A stretch of DNA of 64,000 nucleotides from Minisyncoccota bacterium (GTDB lineage Bacteria; Patescibacteriota; Minisyncoccia; Phycocordibacterales; BOKC01). The notes under the pieces are model-generated. The model worked only from the letters and a program-made list of their open reading frames with translations, did not search any database and was not told the DNA's origin. The stretch is from positions 140,551 to 204,550 of the forward strand of contig CP129473.1 in the NCBI GenBank assembly GCA_030583745.1, read 5' to 3'. The position numbers and the translations under genes are program-made. Positions 1-8,047 of the stretch are shown in pieces (position 1 is the first letter of the stretch; every line of letters starts with the position of its first letter).

Positions 1-7
1 ATAGAAC

Positions 8-60
8 CTATTGGCTATACCCTATACCCCAATCCCTAATTCAACCGTATTTCTCCCATC
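8..60. repeat. Dispersed tandem heptamer repeat (ACCCTAN)n copy A plus 24-bp match to the dprA 3' end
   Basis: cctattggctataccctataccccaatccctaattcaaccgtatttctcccatc; near-duplicate of 931..985. Confidence 0.7.
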
Positions 61-124
61 AATTTTTAGTAATCTTGAATTTAGCTTGAATTAAAATAAG
101 AGTATCGCAGAAAAAAATGGGAAA

Positions 125-165
125 CAAAAAACCGCTCCGTCTCGCGGGTGCGAGTGGAGCGGGTG
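125..165 (-). terminator. Rho-independent terminator for the Clp_N gene
   Basis: On the minus strand, GC hairpin ccgctcc...ggagcgg followed by a T-run. Confidence 0.5.
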
Positions 166-208
166 GGGACGGGTAGCTTGTCGAGAGAAGTTGAGTTGCC
201 GGCGCCAT

Positions 209-796
209 TCAGAGTTCAGGAAGCTCTTTTGCGATTACTCTCAACATCTTGGCGACAAGACGAGCGGACTCGGGCTTCAGTTTTTCAGCCCGCCTTGCGA
301 TTTCCAGTAGATCGGCTTGAATCTTCTCGACACTTTCACAGGCATCTCCCGGCGGAGTAAGGATCTTGAGAATCTCACTCCTTACTTTTTCGAGATCATT
401 GACGCCGACGCCGAGTTGCTCGAGAGCTTTGGCTGCAATACCGTCGCACTCGCGGATCAGGCCGAGGAGCAGGTGCTCGGTCCCGACGTAGTTGTGGTCG
501 AATCTCCGCGCCTCCTCGATGGCGTACTCGATGACCTTCTTGGCGAGCGGAGTCTGGGGTATGTGACCCCACATGGTGACCACCGGGCCGGCCTCGACGA
601 GTTTCATGACCTCGACACGGACCTTGTGCAGGTCGACGTCGAGGTTCTTGAGGACGTTCGCGCCGACGCCCGAGCCCTCCTTCACCAGGCCGAGCAGGAT
701 GTGCTCGGTCCCGATGTACTCGTGGTTGAAGCGCTGGGCCTCATGGTTGGCCAATTTCATGACCTTGCGAGCACGATCATGGAATCGCTCAAACAT
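209..796 (-). CDS. Stand-alone Clp N-terminal (Clp_N) double-repeat domain protein, GC-rich
   Basis: MFERFHDRARKVMKLANHEAQRFNHEYIGTEHILLGL and a second repeat FDHNYVGTEHLLLGLI, typical of the ClpA/ClpC N-domain. No AAA+ domain. RBS aaggag upstream of MFERF. ORF track 209..865 includes an N-extension. Confidence 0.7.
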   Translation of the reverse strand: MFERFHDRARKVMKLANHEAQRFNHEYIGTEHILLGLVKEGSGVGANVLKNLDVDLHKVRVEVMKLVEAGPVVTMWGHIPQTPLAKKVIEYAIEEARRFDHNYVGTEHLLLGLIRECDGIAAKALEQLGVGVNDLEKVRSEILKILTPPGDACESVEKIQADLLEIARRAEKLKPESARLVAKMLRVIAKELPEL

Positions 797-930
797 CTCA
801 AATCTCCTTGTTTTGTGCTGTTCTCCAGAAAACAACGCGCTTTCTGATGTTTTGTCTGTCAACAAAATAACACAATAAATTTATTTTTGTCAAAACAAAA
901 AATACCTGCTGTAGCCCTGGTCTTCCCCCC

Positions 931-985
931 CCTAAACCCTATACCCTATACCCTAATTCAACCGTATCTCCCCCATCTCCTCTTT
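931..985. repeat. Dispersed tandem heptamer repeat copy B; its 3' part encodes the dprA C-terminus
   Basis: cctaaaccctataccctataccctaattcaaccgtatctcccccatctcc. Confidence 0.7.
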
Positions 986-1816
986 AATCATCCCTTTTAT
1001 TTCCATAGCGGAAAGAAGAATTTGCGCTTGGCTCGGCGACAGTCCGCTTTGTCTAATCAACTCGTCTTTTTCCAAAGGTGTTTGTAAAAGCTCTATGATT
1101 ATTTTTTCTTCTTTGGTGCAATCGGAAAATTTATCTTCAAAATCTGTCTCTTCTTTTAGTCCCAAATATTCTCTCAAGTCTGCCGAATTTCTAACCACAT
1201 AAGCGCCGAGTTTAATAAGCATATTTGTCCCTTCCGAACTTCTGCTGAAAATTGAGCCGGGGATGGCCAAGACATCACGGTTGTATTCCGAAGCCAAGCG
1301 GGAGGTGATTAAGGTGCCGGATTTTATTTCGGCTTCCACCACCAAAACCGCCGAAGAGAGTCCCGCCATAACTCGGTTTCTTTGGGGAAAGGAGTATTGT
1401 GTGGCTTGAAAATCCGGCTCAAATTCGGAAATTAAACAGCCGCCTTTTTCCACTATTTTCTCCGCCAGATTTCTGTGCGAGCTCGGATAGAGAACTTTGT
1501 TAGACAGACCGGAGCCGGGCACTGCTATTGTTTTGAGGCCAATTTCTAGTGCCTTGCGATGAGCGATTGAATCCATTCCAAGCGCCAGCCCTGAAACAAT
1601 CACTACTTTTTCCCCGCGCAAGCCGTCAAGTATTTCTTCGCAGGCCGATTTGCCGTAAGGGGTAAATTTTCTGGAGCCAACGACGCAAAGCCAAGTAAAA
1701 TCCTCTGGTGGCAATTCTCCTCGAATAAAAAGGCGTTTTGGCGGGTCGGCAATTTCTTTTAAACACGCTGGCCATTTTTTTTCCGGCAGAACTTTTATTT
1801 CATCAGGTATTGGCAT
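953..1816 (-). CDS. dprA: DNA processing protein DprA/Smf
   Basis: Rossmann-like DprA core: VIVSGLALGMDSIAHRKALEIGLKTIAVPGSGL ... VLVVEAEIKSGTLITSRLA. Confidence 0.8.
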   Translation of the reverse strand: MPIPDEIKVLPEKKWPACLKEIADPPKRLFIRGELPPEDFTWLCVVGSRKFTPYGKSACEEILDGLRGEKVVIVSGLALGMDSIAHRKALEIGLKTIAVPGSGLSNKVLYPSSHRNLAEKIVEKGGCLISEFEPDFQATQYSFPQRNRVMAGLSSAVLVVEAEIKSGTLITSRLASEYNRDVLAIPGSIFSRSSEGTNMLIKLGAYVVRNSADLREYLGLKEETDFEDKFSDCTKEEKIIIELLQTPLEKDELIRQSGLSPSQAQILLSAMEIKGMIKEEMGEIRLN

Positions 1817-1878
1817 TATTTATTAATTCTAACATCTCTGTTATCATAGTGTTTATATTTATCCCTAAACTCTAAACA

Positions 1879-3147
1879 ATGTTAGACATTAAATTTATTA
1901 GAGAGAACAAAGAAATCATTTCCGAAAGCGCCAAAAAAAAGCGTGTTGAAATTGATTTGGACAAATTAATTGCTCTTGATGAAAAGAGAAGAGAGTTACT
2001 TGCCAAGACTGAAAATTTAAAGAGCCGGCAAAACCAAGCTAATGAAGGAGTCGTAAAATTGGCCTCGGACCCCGAACAAAAACAGAAACTGATTGAAGAA
2101 ATGCAGGCCTTAAAAAAAGAATTTCAAGACGGCGAATCAGAACTAAAGGAAGTAATGAAGGAGTGGCAGGGCTTGATGCTTGCGGTACCAAACATTCCTG
2201 ACGTTTCGGTGCCCGAGGGTAAGAGTGAGGAAGACAACGTGGAATTAAAAAAATGGGGAGAGATTCCGAAATTTGATTTTCCGGTCAAAGATCACGTTGA
2301 ATTGATGACGTCTAACGAAATGGTTGATTTTGAACGTGGGACAAAGGCGCACGGTTTTCGCGGCTATTTTCTTAAGAATGACGGCGCGCGACTTTCTTGG
2401 GCTGTTTGGAATTACGCTAGAGATTTTTTCTCCGGAGAGGGGGTTGAAGAAATTATTGCGCCATCAATCGTCAAAAAAGAATATTTTTATGGGACTGGTC
2501 ACTTACCGAGCGAAGCTGAAGATTTGTTCGAAACACAAGACGGTGATTATCTATCCGGTACTGCCGAAGTGCCGATGATGGCGTATCATTCCGGAGAGAT
2601 TTTGAAAAAAAGCGATTTACCTAAGAGGTTTTTAGCTTTTTCTCCTTGCTATCGCAGGGAAGCTGGAAGTCATGGTAAAGACACAAAAGGAATATTGAGA
2701 GTCCATGAGTTTTACAAATTTGAACAACTTATTTTATGTGAAGCCAGCCACGAAGAATCAGAAAAACTTCACGAAGAAATTACCAGAAAAAGTGAAGAGT
2801 TTATCGAGTCTCTTGGTCTGCCGTATCGACGGCTGATTGTTTGCACTGGCGATTTGTCATCTTCAAAAGTTAAGCAATATGAGCTTGAGCTCTGGATTCC
2901 GTCTCAAGAAAAATATAGAGAAATTGGAAGCGCCTCTTATTACCACGATTTTCAAACTCGGCGATTCAATATTCGCTACGACGACAACGGAGCGAAGCGT
3001 TATGCTCACTCCCTAAACAATACAGCAATCCCGACCCCGAGAGTCCTGATCTCTATTGTAGAAAATTTCCAGCAAGCTGATGGAAAAATTTTAGTGCCGA
3101 AAGTTCTTCGTCCATACCTTTCTGGTAGGGAATTTATTGGTTTGTAA
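1879..3147 (+). CDS. serS: Seryl-tRNA synthetase
   Basis: N-terminal coiled coil MLDIKFIRENKE plus class II aaRS core. Confidence 0.9.
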   Translation: MLDIKFIRENKEIISESAKKKRVEIDLDKLIALDEKRRELLAKTENLKSRQNQANEGVVKLASDPEQKQKLIEEMQALKKEFQDGESELKEVMKEWQGLMLAVPNIPDVSVPEGKSEEDNVELKKWGEIPKFDFPVKDHVELMTSNEMVDFERGTKAHGFRGYFLKNDGARLSWAVWNYARDFFSGEGVEEIIAPSIVKKEYFYGTGHLPSEAEDLFETQDGDYLSGTAEVPMMAYHSGEILKKSDLPKRFLAFSPCYRREAGSHGKDTKGILRVHEFYKFEQLILCEASHEESEKLHEEITRKSEEFIESLGLPYRRLIVCTGDLSSSKVKQYELELWIPSQEKYREIGSASYYHDFQTRRFNIRYDDNGAKRYAHSLNNTAIPTPRVLISIVENFQQADGKILVPKVLRPYLSGREFIGL

Positions 3148-4039
3148 AAATATGGCGCGAGACGGAATAAAACCCAAAACTTCAAAGCTGGCGCGAAAAA
3201 GAAAAAAAAGAGCTTTGGGGCGACTTGTTTTATTTTTTGTTTTTTTTGTATCAATAGTTGTTGGCTTATCTTTTTTGTCGTCGGTTGAATTTTTGTCAAT
3301 CAAGAATGTGGAGGTTGTTGGAGTCTCCGTTTTAAATTCTGAAGAAATTGGCAAGCTGGTTTTTAAAGAAATTGATAGTAAAAAATGGGGTCTGTTTGCC
3401 AACTCAAACGCCTTTCTTTATCCAAAGAGAAGAATTACCGGTCGGATTTTGGATTCCAACAATCGTATTGCTGATGCAAAAGTTTCGCTTGATGGTTTGT
3501 CTGACCTAAAAATTGAAATTCAAGAAAGAATGCCGTTTGGAATTTGGTGCTCTACGCCTGATTTGCCGGAAACACTGATCGAGAGTGAAGAAAATCTTGC
3601 GAGCGAAACACCCATGTCAAAACCTGAAGATTGTTTTTATTTTGACGATACAGGTTTTATATTTGAAAAAATTGCCGGCAACGAAAGTAACGAAAATAAT
3701 GATTACTTGTTTTATTACGGCGGAAATATAGAAAAGACGGTCGGTTCGTTTTTGACAACTGGTGAGATTTTTCAAAACTTGCAAACTTTTTTGAAATTAC
3801 TTACTAGTCTTTCAGTTCGTCCGGTAAAAATTTTCTTAGAGGGCACGGTAGAAGCTAAGATTGTGCTAGATTCGGGGACTGAAATTATTTTGGGTCTCGG
3901 TGAGAATTCAGAAAAATCTTTTGAAAATTTGGTTACTTTAATCAGTGAGCCGGAATTTCAGAATTCCAAAGACGGATTGTCTATGTTTGAAAACATTGAT
4001 TTAAGTTTTGGCCATAAGGTGCTGTATAGGTTAAGATAA
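3137..4039 (+). CDS. Cell division protein FtsQ/DivIB-like (N-terminal TM plus POTRA-like)
   Basis: Basic N-terminus, one TM, then IKNVEVVGVSVLNSEEI ... KIEIQERMPFGIWC, resembling an FtsQ POTRA domain. Confidence 0.5.
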   Translation: MVCKNMARDGIKPKTSKLARKRKKRALGRLVLFFVFFVSIVVGLSFLSSVEFLSIKNVEVVGVSVLNSEEIGKLVFKEIDSKKWGLFANSNAFLYPKRRITGRILDSNNRIADAKVSLDGLSDLKIEIQERMPFGIWCSTPDLPETLIESEENLASETPMSKPEDCFYFDDTGFIFEKIAGNESNENNDYLFYYGGNIEKTVGSFLTTGEIFQNLQTFLKLLTSLSVRPVKIFLEGTVEAKIVLDSGTEIILGLGENSEKSFENLVTLISEPEFQNSKDGLSMFENIDLSFGHKVLYRLR

Positions 4040-4048
4040 TTTTTCATT

Positions 4049-5038
4049 ATGCGGAAAAATTTTTGGCTAAATCTAGTGAAGCCGTTTTTTGTTTTGGCGC
4101 CAATGGCTGACGTGACCGACGTTGCTTTCAGGCGCATAATTGCTAAATATTCAAGACCTTTCGGCCCCGATGTTTTTTGGACGGAGTTTGTTTCGGCTGA
4201 CGGTCTTATTTTGGCTGATACAAAAGGCAGGAATAAACTTTTGAAAGATTTAACTTATTCGGAAAGTGAGCGGCCGATAGTCGCCCAGCTTTTTACTGCT
4301 CGACCGGAGATGATGGAAAAAGCAGCGAGATTGGTCTTGGAGCTTGGATTTGATGGTCTTGATATAAATATGGGCTGTCCTGATAGGGGAATAGAAAAAC
4401 AAGGAGCTGGCGCCGCTTTATGCAAGAAACCGGATTTGGCAAGGGAAATTATTAGAGCCGCAAAAAATGGGGTTTCAGATAAAATTCCAATTTCGGTAAA
4501 AATTCGGCTTGGTTACAACAAGGACGAACTTGATCCGCCAGTTGGTGGATGGTTGTCGGCAATTCTTGCCGAATCGCCAGCCGCTGTAACTATCCACGCT
4601 CGCACTAGAAAAGAGATGTCAAAAGTGCCGGCTAGGTGGGAGAGAGTTAAAAGAGCGGTGGAAATCAGAAATGAATTGAAAAGTAATTCGTTGATTATAG
4701 GTAACGGCGATGTCTTTGATTTGAACGATGCTAGAAAAAAAGCTGAAGAAACCGGAGCTGACGGCGTGATGCTTGGTCGGGCGATTTTTGGCAATCCGTG
4801 GTTATTTTCGGAAAAAGAACCAACCCCAGAAGAGCGCCTTAAAGTGCTTATTGAGCATATTAAACTTTTTGATGAATTACTTGGCAATACTAAAAACTTT
4901 TCGGTTATGAAAAAGCATTTCAAAGCGTATGTTAGCGATTGGGATGGAGCTAAAGAACTTCGAGAAAAACTTATGGAAACAGAGAGCGCAAAAGAGGCAG
5001 TTAGTGTTTTAAATAATTATCCAGCATTCAAACATTGA
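4049..5038 (+). CDS. dus: tRNA-dihydrouridine synthase
   Basis: LAPMADVTDVAFRRI ... DINMGCP ... TIM-barrel Dus motifs. Confidence 0.85.
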   Translation: MRKNFWLNLVKPFFVLAPMADVTDVAFRRIIAKYSRPFGPDVFWTEFVSADGLILADTKGRNKLLKDLTYSESERPIVAQLFTARPEMMEKAARLVLELGFDGLDINMGCPDRGIEKQGAGAALCKKPDLAREIIRAAKNGVSDKIPISVKIRLGYNKDELDPPVGGWLSAILAESPAAVTIHARTRKEMSKVPARWERVKRAVEIRNELKSNSLIIGNGDVFDLNDARKKAEETGADGVMLGRAIFGNPWLFSEKEPTPEERLKVLIEHIKLFDELLGNTKNFSVMKKHFKAYVSDWDGAKELREKLMETESAKEAVSVLNNYPAFKH

Positions 5039-5123
5039 CAGAATTCTTGGTTTTGTTATAATCTAAAAAGATTAGAGCAAGGCAAAAGGGCAAAAAGTGC
5101 CAAACAAGAAACAGGGAGGTCCC

Positions 5124-5411
5124 ATGCTGGTTTTGTCACGGAAGAAGGATCAAAAGATCGTCATCGAAGTCTTGAGGCCAGACGACACGACCGAACTCAT
5201 CGAGGTCACGATCGTGGATATTCGCGGAGATTCAGTTCGAGTCGGCATTGACGCTGATAAAGAACATAAAATCTTCTGCAAGGAAGATCTGGTTGAAGGC
5301 GCTCTTCCGAAAACTGGAAGCTGTCCGTCTAGGGCCGTTCAAAACTCGCGCAGTGCCACTGGGCCGAATCCTCCGAACCTCAAAGGTCGTACCATGCGGT
5401 TTGGTCGCTGA
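5124..5411 (+). CDS. csrA: CsrA-like carbon storage regulator with a C-terminal extension, GC-rich
   Basis: MLVLSRKKDQKIVI ... IEVTIVDIRGDSVRVGIDADKEHKIFCKE matches the CsrA fold pattern (MLILTRK...VRIGIEAPK...). RBS gggagg 6 nt upstream. ORF track start 5097. Confidence 0.55.
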   Translation: MLVLSRKKDQKIVIEVLRPDDTTELIEVTIVDIRGDSVRVGIDADKEHKIFCKEDLVEGALPKTGSCPSRAVQNSRSATGPNPPNLKGRTMRFGR

Positions 5412-5435
5412 AACAACCCAAAGAAGGAGGTGTTT

Positions 5436-5639
5436 ATGTTTCCGCCTCATTTTCCGCGTTTGGTTTTGGTGAGAGGGTATGAAGACTTCTTACCACCACC
5501 AGAAGTGGTGGCCGAACCCAAGCCCTTGCGAAGCAGAAGTGGTCGTTACCACCGATCGCCTCGGATACGAATCAGACATATGATGAATCCGAGGAAGAGG
5601 CGAAGTGGGCGACGTCGCTGTCGCAATCAGAAGTGGTAA
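5436..5639 (+). CDS. Small Arg-rich hypothetical protein
   Basis: RBS aaggagg 5 nt upstream of the ATG; highly basic C-terminus; no recognisable domain. Confidence 0.3.
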   Translation: MFPPHFPRLVLVRGYEDFLPPPEVVAEPKPLRSRSGRYHRSPRIRIRHMMNPRKRRSGRRRCRNQKW

Positions 5640-5731
5640 GGGTTGGCGGATGCCGGCCCAAATCCTGTTCCGTCAAGACGAGACGGACAGCGGAGCTGTC
5701 GTTTCCGAAAGTTTCCGAAAGGAGACCACGT

Positions 5732-5776
5732 ATGAAGCTCTGGCTTGTCGTTCTTTGCTACCTCGCTCTTTGCTGA
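5732..5776 (+). CDS. 14-aa hydrophobic peptide MKLWLVVLCYLALC
   Basis: RBS gaaaggag 7 nt upstream; immediately followed by two hairpins (terminator). Confidence 0.25.
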   Translation: MKLWLVVLCYLALC

Positions 5777-5831
5777 CCCCGCCATCCGGGTCAGCGTGAG
5801 GCCCCGCCGTTCGCACGGTGGGGTCTTTTTT
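5771..5831 (+). terminator. Tandem GC hairpins with a T-run (end of the first GC-rich transcription unit)
   Basis: ctgaccccgccatccgggtcag and ccccgccgttcgcacggtgggg then tctttttttt. Confidence 0.6.
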
Positions 5832-5859
5832 TGGCTAAAAATAAGGGTGTATTTCATTA

Positions 5860-5890
5860 TTGGCTATATCCCATACCCTAAACCCTAATT
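5860..5890. repeat. Dispersed heptamer repeat copy C
   Basis: ttggctatatcccataccctaaaccctaatt. Confidence 0.6.
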
Positions 5891-5934
5891 TATATTTGAC
5901 AAATAAAACGCTTTGTGCTAAGCTGTTAAGCAGA

Positions 5935-6421
5935 GGAGATAGAAAGAGGGAAGCGTAGTGCGACCCTCCAAATCAGCACATTGTTTAAGGGGGTGGTATG
6001 CCTTATTCCGGTTTTCCTCCGTAGCGGTCTGAATAAGACCGTCCGGAGGTGGAAGATGTTCGTTGCCCACGACTTCGAAAAGTCGCGGGCTGGATGTTAA
6101 CCTCAGAAAGAGGAGAACCCAAAATGCGGGTGATCATCGCTCTCCAGAACATCATTAACTGACCCGCGCGCCGCCGGCTTGGGCTGATCACATTGGGTGA
6201 TCGGCTCTGCCAGCCAAGAATTTGTGCTTTTCGCACAAATTCGCATTCTGGAAGGAGGTCTATGTGATCAAGAGTATTTGAGGGGCCGACCCCCACCCCT
6301 GCCGCAGGGTTAAGCGGTCCTTGCCAAGGGTCAAGGTGACGGCCTCTTCGCAGGCCAACCCTCAAACCAAACGTTGTTTGTACCGGGCCTCATCGCGCAC
6401 TATACGCGATGAGGCCTTTTT
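5935..6421 (+). ncRNA. Candidate GC-rich structured non-coding RNA, unknown family
   Basis: Promoter-like TTGACA-17-TAAGCT at about 5896..5925. About 490 nt with no ORF longer than 14 aa. Ends in a strong hairpin gggcctcatcgcgcactatacgcgatgaggcc plus T-run. Multiple GGA/AGGAGG motifs. Confidence 0.35.
6385..6421 (+). terminator. Rho-independent terminator
   Basis: gggcctcatcgcgc actata cgcgatgaggcc then ttttt. Confidence 0.7.
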
Positions 6422-6585
6422 CATTTTCATAATATCCCAAAAGGTTTATAATTCTTTGTATGAATCCAGTACGAAATCATAGTGTTATCAAATTAGGAAT
6501 TACTGGAAGAAGTGGAAATAGTGGTCGAATTAATTTAAATTTAATTTTTCAATACGGAAATTAAAAATTTCCTATTTCGTACGGG

Positions 6586-7638
6586 ATGAATGAAGAAATC
6601 GCTTTGTATAGAAAATACCGCCCGCAAAAATTTAGCGATGTTTTGGGGCAGGACCATATCGTCAAAGTTCTTGAGGGTTCGGTTCGCCTCAAAAGAATTT
6701 CGCACGCCTATCTTTTTACCGGCGCGCGAGGCACCGGCAAAACCAGTATTGCCAGAATTCTGGCCCGCGAGATCGGTTGCCAAGAAGAAGACCTTTACGA
6801 AATTGATGCCGCTTCAAACCGCGGTATAGACGACATTCGCGAGATTAAGCAATCAGTCTCGGCTTCGCCCTTTCGCTCACCCTATAAAGTTTATATCGTG
6901 GACGAAGTTCATATGTTGACTAAAGAAGCCGGGAACGCCCTTTTGAAAACTTTAGAAGAACCGCCTTCTTATGTTGTTTTTATTTTAGCCACCACCGAGC
7001 CGGACAAATTGCCAGAGACGGTTATTTCCCGTTGCCAAGTTTTTAATTTTAAAAGACCAAGCCAAGTTATTCTGCGTGATATGGTTTCGGCGGTTGCCAA
7101 AAAAGAGGGTTTTTCTCTTGAGCCATCGTCGGCTGATTTAATCTCTCTGCTTTCCGAGGGCTCTTTTCGCGACGCTCTGGGGATTCTGCAGAAAATTTTG
7201 AGTTTTTCCAAAGACAAGAAAATTTCTATTAAAGAAGTTGAAATGGTTACTGGCGCGCCGAAGGGTGAATTGGTCAACAAATTTATATCCTCAATCGCTA
7301 ATGGCGAATTAGAAAAAGGATTACAGGCGATTTCTGAAGTTGTGGGTCAGGATGTTGATATAAAGACATTTCTGAAAATTGTTTTGCAAAGAATCAGATT
7401 TACTCTGCTTTTGCGTCTGAAAGCCGGCTTGGATGAGGAAATTGAAAAAGAGTTGAAAAGTGAGGATTTCGAATTTCTTAAAAAATTGGCGGAGCAAAAA
7501 GATTCCAAAGTTAATTCTCATGCTTTACTAGAACTACTAGATGCTTACGAAAAAACAAACTCGTCACATATTGCGCAGTTGCCATTGGAGTTGGCGCTTG
7601 TAAAAATTCTCAAAAAAGATTCTGCTCTGGCCGAATAA
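6586..7638 (+). CDS. dnaX: DNA polymerase III subunit gamma/tau (short form)
   Basis: YRPQKFSDVLGQDHI ... TGARGTGKTS Walker A ... AAA+ clamp-loader motifs. Confidence 0.85.
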   Translation: MNEEIALYRKYRPQKFSDVLGQDHIVKVLEGSVRLKRISHAYLFTGARGTGKTSIARILAREIGCQEEDLYEIDAASNRGIDDIREIKQSVSASPFRSPYKVYIVDEVHMLTKEAGNALLKTLEEPPSYVVFILATTEPDKLPETVISRCQVFNFKRPSQVILRDMVSAVAKKEGFSLEPSSADLISLLSEGSFRDALGILQKILSFSKDKKISIKEVEMVTGAPKGELVNKFISSIANGELEKGLQAISEVVGQDVDIKTFLKIVLQRIRFTLLLRLKAGLDEEIEKELKSEDFEFLKKLAEQKDSKVNSHALLELLDAYEKTNSSHIAQLPLELALVKILKKDSALAE

Positions 7639-7699
7639 GTTTTCCACACTTTCAGATAAAATCTGGCCGATTTCGTGTATAATTTAAAGGTAAATTTAG

Positions 7700-8014
7700 A
7701 TGGATACTTTAAATATCGGCATTAAGCCGAAAGAGCCAAAAAATGGCAAGGGAATAATTTGGGGCGCGATTGCCATCTTGGTGGTCGTTGCTTTGTTAAT
7801 TTTCTTTTTCTTTTTTATGCCCGCCGAAAAGCCGGCCTCGTCTTTGTTGACGGAGGAAGAAAAGCAGCAAGTCAGGGATGAGCTAGCGTTGCCGCCTTTG
7901 ATAGAAATTACTGAAGATATGGCTGAGGAAATTAAGATAGATCTCTCTTCGCCGCCGACGGAAGAGTTGACAGACGAGGAAAAGGAAAGAATCCGAGAAC
8001 AATTAAGAAACTAA
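7700..8014 (+). CDS. Small membrane protein, hypothetical
   Basis: Single TM IIWGAIAILVVVALLIFFFFF followed by an acidic tail. Confidence 0.4.
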   Translation: MDTLNIGIKPKEPKNGKGIIWGAIAILVVVALLIFFFFFMPAEKPASSLLTEEEKQQVRDELALPPLIEITEDMAEEIKIDLSSPPTEELTDEEKERIREQLRN

Positions 8015-8047
8015 TTTTATAAATTTTATTAATCGTAAATAGAGAAT

